Assembly (NCBI GenBank): GCA_030141605.1
Contig: JAQGDQ010000128.1
Span: forward strand, 186,001 to 250,000
Origin: Tubiluchus corallicola
Taxonomy: Eukaryota; Animalia; Priapulida
DNA: 64,000 bases
Direction: 5' to 3'
Numbering within the stretch: position 1 is the first letter of the stretch; each line of letters begins with the position of its first letter. The translations under genes were made by a program, and so were the position numbers. This document shows positions 1 through 41,500 of the stretch, in pieces. The notes beneath the pieces are model-generated. The model saw nothing but the letters and a program-made list of their open reading frames with translations. It had not been told where the DNA came from and did no database searches.

Positions 1-153
1 TCTTAAATATATACAATATACATTTAGTAAGATATATACAAATGTATTAAATATGCTACAATATATATACTCTAAATAAATATGCATTCAACATATATTC
101 AATATATACAATATATACATACATATATATATATATATATATATGTATATATG

Positions 154-183
154 TAAACACACACACACATATATATATATTCA

Positions 184-227
<44 letters not shown>

Positions 228-257
228 TGAATATATATATATGTGTGTGTGTGTTTA
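154..257. repeat. Perfect 104-bp AT-rich palindrome
   Basis: TAAA(CA)6(TA)nTTCAATATATAC(AT)nGTATATATTGAA(TA)n(TG)6TTTA, symmetric about 205/206. Confidence 0.85.
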
Positions 258-2196
258 TATATATATATACTGCCAAATTTAATCTGCCTTGAATCAGTCT
301 GTAAGTCTTAAATGCATTCAAACCCATTTTTATATAGTTGGTGTGGATAACTGGACAGCATAAATAGATCTAGGTTATTTTCTTTCATTTTTTCATAATT
401 TTGATACCAGTATACTGAGAATATCAAAATCTATGTTTTTGTTATTCAGAAAGAGCTATCATTCAGAATTCTTTATCATTATCCTATGAAAAAGTCTGTT
501 TTGAGGTGCGCAATGCTTCCGTTACAAGAACTTCAGCTAGCTGTATGCAGCAAACCTGTCCAGGTGGAGTTCGCGGATTCGTGCTATTAGCAGTTTCATT
601 TTAACGATAAGTTTTCGTATTTGTGGCATCATTTCGTTAATGGCAGTTTAAACAATCATTTTTATTACTACCATCCCAAGGTTCATTTAATTTTGCGCTG
701 TTGCAAAAATATCTCTACGTTTGCACTTCGCTCATAAAATTCCATAATAATTATTGTAATAATGCACATATGAGCATCATATCTACGCTAACTGATTTTT
801 TGGTTTAGTCCATTTTAGAAAATATGCAGTCATTTACATCCTATATAGTCGACTTAATGAAAAGTATTAAGTACGTGCTGTTAAGATTCATTACGTAACA
901 AAGAGTTTATTATGTAATAATGCAACATTATGTAACAAAAATGCTGCATTATGTAATAAGTCCCAAAAGATGCATTAGATAACAACTTTTAAACTATTAT
1001 GTAACAATTATAGCGTCATTATGTCATAAAAATTATGCAACGTTATACAACAGATTAACCTAGCTGTGCGTTAGTGGGTCTGCAACTGGTCTGGTGTGGT
1101 CTACAACTGGGTCTTGACCCAGTCTTGAAGTGGTCTAATTATTGGACTGGGTCAATTTGTTTTTGCTCTAGATGAGAGTTTGGCTCCGTGCTCGATTCGG
1201 TCTCGAGTCTGGTATATCAGAGTGTCCGTCACATGTCTGGTCTGACATGGGTATAGGTTTGTTAATGCGAAAAAAAGGAAAATGGTCCTAAACGAAAAGT
1301 TGTAATTTTGGAAATCATTGGTAAAGCTGTTTGGGAAATCAAAATTCTTGTACTTGTTTATCTTTGCAAGCTATTACAATTCACAAGCAACATTTCCATT
1401 GCAGAAAGTTAACATTTCGCACAAACACATAATATACTGTCGACTAATTCCCAGGTCCATAAACGAGTCCAACTTTTTAATAATGAATACGTCCAAATTT
1501 CCAAAAGGCTCATGCTCACAACGCAAGAAAAACCATATCCTCAACAAGCAGAGAATATTGAATTTTCACCATTTTCTTGATAGCTTCAATGAAATCTAAA
1601 CTAGTATTTGAATTATACTAATATGAACACCGGCTTCACTTACCCGTAAAATGGAGTTCGCATCGACAGTGCTCTACCATCGATGCTGCTGTTCGAAATG
1701 CCACAGTGCTGCTTGTTGCCATAACAACAATTGATTCATTCATGCATTTAGCACCTCACGCTTTCTGAGGCTCATTCGGTATTGGTTTCTTTTGCTTATG
1801 GCTTAAATGACCTTTCGTTAACAAGTAATAAACAGCGTAAAAATGGTGAATAAGATAAGCGCAGATTAAGTCTAATTTTAAAATTCGACAAAGAGAGGTG
1901 GACGATAAAGTAGATAGGAAGAAATGGTACATAAAGAGGCGGACTTATACTGAGGAAGAAAGAGCATGTGAAAGAGAGAGAGATACAGAGAGATGAATGA
2001 GTGAGTAAGTGAGTGAGTGAGTGAGAAAGAGAAAAAGAGAAAAAAAGGAGAGGGAGCTGACGACAGTTTTGGATTCAGTGTCACCAGCCTCAGCCAGAGC
2101 TTCTCTTTAATAATGCTTGGCTAGGAGGTTAACTGTCAGAAAATATTTTGAACGTACCTTAATAGCACGAATGGTACATTTCATACTTACTTTCAG

Positions 2197-10472
<8,276 letters not shown>

Positions 10473-13186
10473 AGAAATCAAGAAGACTGTTTATGAACGT
10501 TTCTCAACAGCAAAATTTAAATTTTGTTGACTGTTATAAATGATTCATACTTACACTTTTCAAGCTTTGTTTTAATTTTCTTTTCAGTTTTGGCTTACCC
10601 ACTTGCTTGATATTTATATATAAGAGGCTTATATTTATTATCGAGCATGCAGTGATAAGTGTCCAGTAACCTAATACATTTATTACTTTATAATATTATA
10701 ACCAGTTTCTATTTTTGTCCTAAATACGAATTTACACTGGCACTTACTTCCCACCAGATCTATCATTGACCTTTGAATTTTTACTGTGGGAGACACAGAC
10801 GTTGTAATCCCGAAATATGGAAACATTAAAACTAGGCCTACTACTTATTTATTACTGGCACTAATATTTTTATATAGCGTAACGTTTTTCCTTACGTTTT
10901 TACTACTTAGTTATTCATTTCCGATAACTATATGCTTTCTGGTGACATATATCATACACAAAATACGACTTCTAGATTGATAATTATGTATAATTATATT
11001 ATGAGTATACCACCAAAAATGTTTTAGTGCAGAAATTTTATGTAATCTCGTACTTACTGAACATTCCTACTTAGTAATATTCAAGTAAAAAATATTAACC
11101 GTTGACACGAATGATGAGTTTGGAAAATTTTCAAATAGATAGATTTAATGTTTTATTAAAATTAATTTAATAATGATTGTAAAAAGATTACAATTATCCT
11201 TTTAAAAAATACGTGATTCTGTCACTTCTTGGTCCATTTTTTAAATTTTGTTTTAAATTTTGTTTCATTCGTTTACGCGTGTCTTCAAAGAGATACGTAT
11301 ATGTTTATCTACATTAAGTTTAGCCTTAAGTCAATTGAACTTTGCAGTATGTATATGTGAACTAATCAACTTTTTTGGTAATCACGCTGATCGTTTTAAT
11401 TATACTACTCATAAATCGTCATTGAACTTTAATCAGTTAAGGTTTTGCTAATAGTGCAACTTCAGCCAATTTAGACTGTTTATCTTACTCTGTAGACAGG
11501 CGTTGCTCATTGTTATATATCTTTTAATTTACAAACTTGTCATTCAGTTATTATACTGTGGGTTAATTCATTTTGAGTATAATTAGCACGTCTAACTTTG
11601 TTCTTAATTCTGTTCAAATACTGAAAAAGAAATATCTCTCATAATTATTGTATGTAATATTATGTAAATTAACGTAAAAGAATTTCATAAACCTTTTTAT
11701 ATTCACTTTGACAACAAACAAATTTTTTATTACGAGGAGTATTTTTGTTCAGAAAAAACAGTAACTTGAAAAATTAGGACCCCGTCTTTTAGGATCAATT
11801 ATGAGAAACTGCCCAAAACTGTTCTTACATTTTGTGCGTATTCAGCTGTGCACGGCAAAGATCATTTCAAAGAAGTAGCCACACTTCTTTGCTCGCTATG
11901 AAAGTTACTAGATAATGCGTTTTGCCACTTACGAATATAAACAGTGTAAACGCAAATCGTTTTAACTCAATAGTGCAACTGTAAGCACCGAGAACAACCT
12001 CATCTGATATGGCTTTACATTACAATTACTAATTCAACTTTAGCCTGCAGATCTGGGGCTATTGTCGGTGAAACCTTGTTGGTTGGACGTGACGAGCAAG
12101 ATTTTGAAAATAATAATAACAATAAAGCTGATGCATTTATAAATAATGCTTACTGTTTGTATGATGTGATTGACAATAATATAAGAGGATGTTATCATGA
12201 TTTACTCACCTATGAGGAGGACAGGTGGAAAATACAGTATATATGAATTCAAATTAGTACGTCTGTTAACAATATAAAAGGTTTAGCAACTGAATAATAA
12301 AATTACTCTGTTTATGTTATGTTTTACTAGACCCTAGTCATGGTGCGTGAAACGCAGTCTGTACTCATGCATACATTTACTTGTTAATTTTGCGATCATC
12401 TGTTGATAACAATTGTTAAGGTAACAGTTATTAAAATGTTGTAACCATTGACAAAGATTCGTTGCTTATGTGATTTGGTAACAATGAAAAATAATTTTGT
12501 TGAAATACTTGTTGCATGCGTGAGAGATATATGTATATATATATATATATATATATTTGCTGTAAATCGAAAATCAGCAGGTCTTGATATTTGTTAGCGT
12601 ACTCCAAAAAAGGAAATAAATCACCAATGTAAAAGCAAATTTCGAAAAATATAATTTGGACGAAAACACGTTCTTCATTTTACTTGTATTATCGTTTCAT
12701 TGCGTTAGAAAGTAGCAACTTCTACAAAATCAAAATGGTCGATTGTTCAAAAGAGGTTATGTTTCTCAAGTGGTATCTCAAGCAATTATGTTCCAGAAGA
12801 TTTGTTTATCATAACATAGCTATTGTGATTGTATTGAATTTATCTCGCACGTATACAGATTGAAGGCAAAGTCGAAAACTTGATCTGCTGCTTGTACAAT
12901 TTTAGTAGGATGCATGTTAGCCTCCTAGCACCAGTTTTTATTATTTTCGAGAAATGAGACCAACCAGTTTTAGGCTTTTGTATTGGTATTATTAATACTA
13001 ATATACGATTTGTGTCGCTGAACAATTATAATTATAAATAATTACTGTATCGTAGTTGGCTTTCGGTGCATTAACGGCCTGCTCCAGACTTTCAAGACGA
13101 AAAGGTAGACTTCATCTGAAAGGGTAGACTTTGATTTGGAGTCAATGTGTATAAACGGCTGGTTTTTTGATTTGATGAGAACCATA

Positions 13187-13743
13187 CAGGGCCAGCTCTG
13201 CTACTAGGCAAACTAGGCAGTTGTCTAGGTGCCATTTTTTGGAGGTGGGGGGCGCTAAATTCTGGAATGACTCTTCAAGAGCGGAATACACGAAAAGTAA
13301 AAAACGACAAGGGGCGATATTGAACAATAAAAAGAATCTCTAATGAAATATATGCAACCAGATCAGAATTATGGTTGTGAAGATAATGAAGGTAGTGAAA
13401 TGGGCGTGAAAAAAGGAGTTGGGGTTTCAAACATTTTCTGACAGGGAACTTAGCGAAGAGTACCAGAAATTGCAGAAATTTCATTGCTCCTGAAGACACA
13501 GGACGTACAATGGGGCCATAAATTCAAATTCAAATGAAATCAACATAAGCTGTAGATAGATAATTAACTACACCTACACAATAACACATGTTTCAGCCAA
13601 ATATATAGGTACCGTTATATATTATACACGAAAAATTCATTTTTGGAGGTGTGTTGAGAATCGTGGGAAAAAGGGTTTATCGTTGAGGAGCCAGCGCTAA
13701 AGTACCTCTGCCTAGTGTGTCAAACTACCTAGAGCCGGCGCTG
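13187..13743. mobile_element. Non-autonomous hAT-type element between the PC2 and 7B2 3' ends
   Basis: Ends CAGGGCCAGCTCT / AGAGCCGGCGCTG; 8-bp TSD GAACCATA / AAACCATA (7/8). Confidence 0.75.
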
Positions 13744-14693
13744 AAACCATATTGTCAGTATTTATATTAATAATAAATGGCCATCTCCAAAATCAGCTTA
13801 CATTTGCCGGACTTATAAAAGAAAATACATTTCGTGGTGATCGTTGTTTTCCATGCATACATAAATATTCCCTACCGATTTGTAAATTGTAGTTATACTA
13901 AGATATTATCCATTCAACTCTTAATGCATCGAGGTAAACTTGCTGCGAGTCTTTCTTTTATGCCATGAAGCCTCGCAGATATAATTGTTGCAGCGAAATT
14001 TCGTTAATAATAAAGCGTATTTCCAGTTATATTGGCGAAATCTGAATTCGGCAACAGTAGAAATAGGAAAACTTATAGCAGTTTATTTAGTTCAGGCTGA
14101 TGCATGAGAATCACGATAAAAATCTGTATTACACAAGATATCCTGTTTTACCGTTGTACCTCTCATACAGTTGTAAAGCCTTATGTTGTAAACATATGCA
14201 ATGTGTTGAACAAACTTACTATTAAACCCATAGGTGAAATAACAAGCAATTTTTGGATTTTTGGGTGTAATATATTCCATTCCTTTAGAATTCCTTTAGT
14301 GTTTCTTGCAAACCATTTATTAGATTTGCTTTTATGTGATTATCGTGAAATGTGAATTTGATCCAATTGAATCCATTATATATAAATTCATTTAATCTTG
14401 CCTTAAAGATATATTGTTAAAATTTTTACGAACAAAAAGAAAAACGCAAAACCTATAAAACTTGTATAACAATCCTTACGTTCTGTTGCATGTTACACCG
14501 ATACAGATCAGTTATTCTTCTAGAAATGCTTTGCCTAAATGCAGAAGTTTTGGACCTAACATGTTCCACTAATGCAAAAATCTAAATCATATATAACTAA
14601 CAGTTCACTCTCTCTCTAATGTTCTCTAATGTGAGTCTCGCTTACTTCGAATATTAAAAATAATGTGCAAGAAACAAGAAGTTTTTCTAAAAC

Positions 14694-34530
<19,837 letters not shown>

Positions 34531-35948
34531 GACGTTGTTCGGTCGGGCTAGATGAAAGCTCTCATTTTTCCTAATTTACTGCAAGCATACTTAACAATTC
34601 TCTAGTCGGTCATTACGTAAACAAGCAGTTTTGCATCTTCCGCACTCGGTAGTTTGATTACACGTTGAAGCCCGATAACAGGCGACCGAGGGATTTCATC
34701 CTCTGGCGGTGAAAATCGGAACTGAATCTTCTTTGTGTGAACATTATGTTCACTGTTAAAATAGATAAAGAGGACAAAGGATAATTATTATAAGTTATTT
34801 GTTGGTTACTCCCTGTGTTGCTATATTTGTTCAGAATTAATTATAGAAATTGAGTAATCTGTGCGTGATGTCTGCGCTTCCAAATTTATTTCCAACATTT
34901 AGTTCAAATGTTGCTTTTAAATTCGGCTATTTTCATTTGCAATAACTTTCATAATATTTAAATACGTAACAAATGTTTTATTTCAAATAACGGCATTATA
35001 GCTTGTATTTTCTCATATTAAAACATCGAAGTGCAAATGATTTAAAAATTCTGCACAACTTTGTATTAATACTTGTTATTTCTAGCCTTGGTATCTGGGA
35101 ATGGAGATATTACCGTGCTTTCAAGTGGAGATGCATGAGATAATTAAAACGTGCCTACAAGGGCAACATGTTACACAATATTGAAAATTTTCACTGGGAA
35201 AATATTGCACCTCTTTTAACCAGCATTGGTAGGCTCAGTAGCAACAACAGCGATGGTGACACAGCAGCAAAAGTATCAACACCACCTTAGCATCTCAGCA
35301 GTGACAACATTAACTACGACTGAGTACTTTGACTACGACAAAGATAATCAGGATTGTAACTATCATGATCATAATCATAATAACAATGTGACAGTTTCCT
35401 GAATTCAGCAAAAATGTTAACACACTTCGACCATTTTCGTCGACTTTCCCCAAATAACTCATTTTTGTATACCAGTCACTCTGGACTTAATCATTTTTGT
35501 CGGGTAGCTCAAGTGTTACCTTAATCAAATACCCGGCCTACTTTTTTGAGATTTTTGTTCGTCCTTGTGCCCAGCAGCAGACGTCTACATGACCAGAAAG
35601 TTCATTGACGCGATCTTTTACCATAAAATTTGTTGTTTTTATGCAGGTACAACTACGGAGGTAAAGAATGAAAATGTGAGCAACAGGTTCCACACAACCA
35701 TGCTATTGCAGCACACTGTGTTCAGTAATAGATCATAGCATGTAACCGTTATGGTCCTTAACCTTTTCGTAGTGGAGTAACCACTACAATAAAAACCTAG
35801 AGATGAATGAATATCACTCCGTGTTTTAAACTTTCGATAGCCAGGATAGTATAGAGAAACTGAGAAATGACTCCACAATTACATGTGATAAATAATCGAT
35901 TTATTCAAATTTGTAATACTGCATGGTAATCACGACTGTGCTTTAACA

Positions 35949-36301
35949 CTAGCTATACAGAAACTTTCGTCGAACTCGAGTCCCTTTCCAAACTGGCATT
36001 CCCAAAAACGAACTGTTGTGACAGAATCGTAAATGATCTCTAGGAATCAGCATTGGTTTGACTGAATGCACGCAAGCGCCATCTAGCTGTGGAATTGGAG
36101 GAATTTCGAACTCGAAGTTGCTGGTTTTAACTGTAATTGACGTCCAAAACCTTTTCATCTTTTCTGGATATACAGCGTGGATTGAAACATATTTTTCACA
36201 TAACTTAGCGTCCTTTAAGTGCTGCAGTTGAACTGACTTCGTTGCAAGGCGACTATTATCTGCAAAATATGTCACATTCTGCGTTTCACTCATCCACAGT
36301 C
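35949..36301 (-). CDS. GT31 exon 3
   Basis: ttctag|GLWMSETQNVTYFADNSRL...CEKYVSIHAVYPEKM...FLYS*. Confidence 0.8.
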
Positions 36302-38536
36302 CTAGAAAAAAATTAACAAAAATTGAAATCATTAAATTGCGCGTATAACAACATCTTTAGAGTGTTATCAAGACACACAAAATTTGCAATGCTATATTTA
36401 ACCATAGGAGAAGAATTTGTAGAAAAAAGTTGCGTATTAATTGTTTAAAACATGGCCTTTCGAGATGTCAAATCTCTTTATAAAATGCTTCGTTTGACTT
36501 GCTTCTAAAATACATGTTTATAAAAAGATGAAATGTTTCTAAATATAGTAATGCAAATAAGCTATTTGCTAGACAAAAGTTATTGTACAATGCAGTAAGC
36601 CTGTGCGCTATAGTAAACAATAAACTTTATGTAACGTAATGTAATAACTTAATATCAATTACATTTTGACATTATGTAAGGTTGACTGTATACAGTCTAA
36701 CGTATCCTTTTGAAAATCCATAATAATGTACGTTTAATTGCATTTGCAAATTACACTTTGTGAAACTATAAGGTTTTCCGTGCAATTACATTCATAATTT
36801 CACGGTAATACTAAACAGGGTAATTTCGTAGCGTGATTTGTTTTAGTTGTAAACTGAAAATTGTGTATTGTTTAGTAAAGTTACCAGCCGAGTAATCAAC
36901 CAACCAATTAAGTAACTACAGCTTTTTCCTCATTAACAACTTACTAATGCAGTTTAATATAAAACTGATCTACTACTAAAATATTTATGAATGTAAATAT
37001 ATTACAATAATGTGTATCGTACATGTAGTAAAATATATTTTTACTTCGTAGCTGTTCAATACCACTTCCGTAAGCCTGTATGCTAGCATAATCCTTATTA
37101 CAAATGTAAAAAGTTATCCATTTTCGTGAAGTGACTTTTCACGAATTCTCGGCCTGGAAATTATTAAAAGGTTTAGTACTATGCACGGTAGGTGAATGAA
37201 ATGTGCAATGAAACTAAACTTATTACAGTTCCATACGTCAACAAGATTTGACCTGAAAGTGTCACGTAAAAGAAATAAGCTTAACCTTCTAAATTACCTG
37301 CAGATAAACCTCCATGAGGATAACACAAGAGAGTCTCGACTTGTAACCGTTCAAGTAATTCATCAACAATGTCTCTTGAAAATAGCAGATAAAACTCATC
37401 CATGCGTACTAAACCTATACAAAAAAGTTTTTTTATAAAGTTGCTGCTTCTGTCCTCATCACAGCCAGGTTATCCTTTTTGTTTTTCAGATTTTGTATAT
37501 CAATTCAGTTCTTAATTATCATGTACTAATTTACTAGGAAATTACTGTAGGCGGGTAAGTAAAATTATTGCTAACGCGCTTTCAGAGTAACTGCTCAGAG
37601 ATATACACATGTGGCTCAATTGTAGAAGAAATTTGAAAACCTTTTCCTGGTCTAGAATTGAACCTAAAGGTTTTAGTGACAAGATTCTCCGCTCCCCCAG
37701 CGGATCTTAAATAACATTTCTACAACAAATATCGTGGGCGGTTCGTGACTTACAAATGATTTTTACCGTTCTCATATGTCAACCAGGAAATTAACATTAT
37801 TACGGTCATTAATAAATTAGTTATTAGTTTATTAAAAAAAGGGATCAAGACCTTTTCTGCAATGGATCCATCCCCAATACAGGCGACTTTCATTGCGATT
37901 CTCCAGCTCGTTTTGAAGACGTTCCAAGCAAAGGAAATTATCGTCATCCAAACGCAAAAAGTGGGTGAAGTTATAGTAATTGACTCTTGCCCATTTCATC
38001 ATCCACACCAACATTCTGCCAAAATTCACTCCACCAGGCGACTCAGCCAGTATAATATCGTTGTGCCGCTCAGCTTCTTGTCTCAGTGGAATCAAATCTT
38101 TTCTTGGAAGTGGACGACCGTGTACGTCTTGTCCATCTGTGAAGAAGAAGCAAACAACATTTGTCTGATTGCACCATGTCCACCAGGTGACTCTGATAGC
38201 ATTTCTTCTGTCCTGGTGTATTGGAGCACTCATCACCGCTACAAACAAAAGAACTTGTTTTCCATCAACACCTTGTCCTTCTTTACTGAAATTTGAAGAG
38301 TCTAGCGACAGTTCAAATGGTTCCCACTGTAACTTCTTCTGACTTGAGTCCTGGTCAAACAGGTTTTTAGTTTGTAGTCCTTCATTACGATGATTCACGG
38401 GTTTATTTGACTCGTTGTAAGCAGCTAGATTAAAACTAGTCGGATCGTAATCAGACGCAGAAAGATATAATACAAAGAAGATACTAAAAACAGCAGCAAC
38501 TACTAACTGATAGAATCCGTTTTCTTCTGTTACCAT
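35949..38536 (-). CDS. GT31-family beta-1,3-galactosyl/glycosyltransferase-like type II membrane protein, ~384 aa, 3 exons
   Basis: Exons 38536-37852, 37414-37298, 36301-35949 in phase (1155 nt). N-terminal TM (LVVAAVFSIFFVLYL), LFVAVMSAP...RRNAIRVTW, EAERHNDI, FLRLDDD (DxD), LYWGW, YVSIHAV. Confidence 0.85.
37298..37414 (-). CDS. GT31 exon 2
   Basis: gtatag|GLVRMDEFYLLFSRDIVDELLERLQVETLLCYPHGGLSA|gtaatt; not in ORF track. Confidence 0.8.
37852..38536 (-). CDS. GT31 exon 1
   Basis: MVTEENG...RLDDDNF...LYWGWIHCRK, donor g|gtcttg (phase 1, atypical but fits next exon). Confidence 0.85.
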
Positions 38537-41500
38537 TCTCTCACAAAAGTGAGTCAACAAGTGCCCAAAGCCATTGTTTTAGTGGTGCTTTTAAAGTTTC
38601 CACACAAATAAACAATGAGCAGCGGAAAAATAAGTCTTTCTTACGAATTTACTAAAGACCTAACTTTAAAAGGTTAACCGTTGCACAACACTACATTTTC
38701 GCATTTTTCAGAACCTCGCATAACTGCATGTCATCTATCGCAATTACTTCACGGATTGCTAAATTCAGAAAGAAACACGTATATAGCTGATAAAATTCCT
38801 GCGTCATTTCCGCGTGCCACAATGATTTGTCAAGCTGCTTATAATACTCATATTCTAATGTTTTGTTAGGGCACAAAATCCAGAAAATTAGAAATCTAAA
38901 GTTTCTCGACAACGACGTTTCATCCACTTTTTCACCTCATCAACAGGTCACAATTCTGGCGATCCGTTACCGGAACGGCTGTAGTACACTTTGCTGATGC
39001 TGCTTAATTCAATGGGCAATTTATTGCTGCAGACAACCTGTTCTGTTGTATTTATGTAGCTGTTGTTCTCTAACCTCCCGCTGCCTCCAATGCGAAAAGA
39101 AATGTGGGACATCGACCTTCTTGAGATGCAGACAAAAAGAACGGATTGCAAAATAAGATTAACCAATGACCTTCTTACCACGTGCGCTTTTGAGCTCATT
39201 AGTAATAGATTACTTCTGTTTACAACCTATTTTTTCATTTTAACTGCAACTGTCACCTGTAAATTAACGTAGTTTTTCAAGTTAAACCAAATACTAATGG
39301 TGTCTATCACCACATAGAATACATACACGCCCAATATAAATAACCGCTTGTCAAATGTCAAACCACACTTCTGGTAATCAGTCACTAGTATCACCATGAG
39401 GATCTTATAACCACTAAGCAGCAAGTTATAAAAAATTTACTTCTGCCAGCTTATTTAATAAACCATCGTTATAAATCCGCAAATGTCAATGCACCTATTT
39501 CATTATTTCGTTTTTTTTCTTATAGCTTGTTAACTTTTCATTTTCGCCAACACCATTTGCAAATACCAAGATGTTTCAAAGTCACTGCCCCGCTGTTGTG
39601 TACATTTAGGATTAAACCGCAATCAATGAACGTGGGTTCAAGTTTTTCCATGTATGTGGAAAAGTCGCTTCTGCTTGCAAAACTTCCTTTTCACTTGTAC
39701 GGTTGTGCTACCATGCATGGTTGCAAAGCATCGCCATTTAGAAAAATGGGGAAATATCATTGTTAAAAGTTCGATCAAATATACCTTGTGCGGTGTATGG
39801 GGCTAGGGGGCATGAAATTCTGATTTCCCTTTAATTTACTTTAATTAAAATAGGTATTTTATAAAAAAAAACTTTCTCAGCAAACATTTCTGTTGGTATT
39901 TCAACGCTGGTTTGGAGATAATGAAAAGCAGTCCCGCTTAAATTAAGTGGAATGTATACGTAATAAGAAATGAAGCAATCACATCCCCTGTTAAGTTGTA
40001 TTTTCCAATTTACTGAAAAAAATAGCTTAGCGTGCGGTGAGATTGCCTTAGGGTTAGGGTTACTGGTTCAGTTCCTCTCTTACCTAATACCATGACAACA
40101 TTGACTTACTAACATATTAAGCGGCAGTTCAATTACAATAATTTGTCTGAAGTACGTCAATTTTCGTATTATTACAGTGTAACTTTCTCTGTATCTACAT
40201 TATTCCATAATCCTAGGAATATATTGCTTACTTCCTACTTTTTGTAGGCTAGTAGTGGGCAGTGTAAGGCTTAAAGAACACATGGGATAGAAATCTGCGA
40301 ATGATAAGCCCAGGATAATGATCTCACGATCATCGTGGCAGAATGCCATTAGCGAAACCGATTGGAGAGAAATGCCCTAGTTTAAACTACGTGTAGTATA
40401 AGAATACCAGATCACAAAATTGGTAAATCTACAATAAAGGTATGTTACATTGCACAGAATTACATAGCGTACGAACAATAAACTTAATTCAAGACATTAT
40501 ATTATTCAAGCCAGAATGCGGAACTTTTTCTATGTAATATTAAATTTTATGATATAATACAATGAGCAGTTCGCACCGTTACATGCAATAAATTGTTTAG
40601 GCGCTTTTTAGGCTGCAAAAAGCGTTAAAATTACTCGTAGACTTCTGTTAATCTCCAAAATATCGCTGCTTGACTATTTTGCTTAAATGAAAACGCATAT
40701 TCTTAGCTATTTCTCTATCATGCAGTACAAAAAATAAAAACATTTCGCGCGTGGGTCAATGATATCATTGAAATTTCTGTTAAAAACTTTGACAGACGCA
40801 AAATTAAAACATGCCAGGTTTCGCTTGTTCGGTTTTGTTAAAATTAAAAGTAATTAAATCAGCAATCAAATATTGTTAATAAGAATTTGTACATATGAAA
40901 TGAAATGCGAAAGAGCTCTCCTAAAACTTGTCATCGTTAACAGAAAAAAACGTATTGCCTTTTATAGTCTCAAAGATTATAATATTTGTCCAGTAGCTTT
41001 CGCCCTAGCGGGTCTCATCAGCTGAAAATAACAGATAAAGTGTTAAAACAGTATGTACTGATGTAAGAACATAAAAAACAAAATTGTAGTTAAACATCAT
41101 TGGTTTAAAATATAATAAGTAAGAGAAAGAGTATTAATGACACCATAAGAAGAAAAACACAGAACTGTGCAATCGATTTTTGCCATAATAAAAATCAATT
41201 AAAGAAAGCAAAAAGAATAAATTAACATACCCAAATACAAAACGCTGGTAACCTAAGAATAAGGTTTACAAAATTTGACAGTTTATAAACGCTCTTCAAA
41301 CATAAGTGCCTGTGGTGTGTTACAGTGAGAATGTGACAAAACATCAATTTTACTTGTTTGTCACCTTTTTATTTCACAGTCAAGTTCTTTATAGTGATAG
41401 CTGTAGCACTTGCTAGTGTAATTTATTTGCATTATAGTAGTCACTACAGTAGTATTGTATTATTAGCCTAATTAGTCTAGGAGTGTAGGAGTCCTACTCA

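Noticed and set aside
890-1050. Spaced CATTATGTAA repeats
   Set aside because: Short and degenerate with irregular spacing in a eukaryotic context; not CRISPR, likely transposon subterminal repeats.
1-2196. PC2 first (signal peptide) exon
   Set aside because: No ATG plus hydrophobic stretch plus phase-0 donor found; it probably lies upstream of the window.
37610-37705. tRNA gene (minus strand B-box-like GGTTCAATTC)
   Set aside because: No consistent cloverleaf; at most a SINE head remnant.
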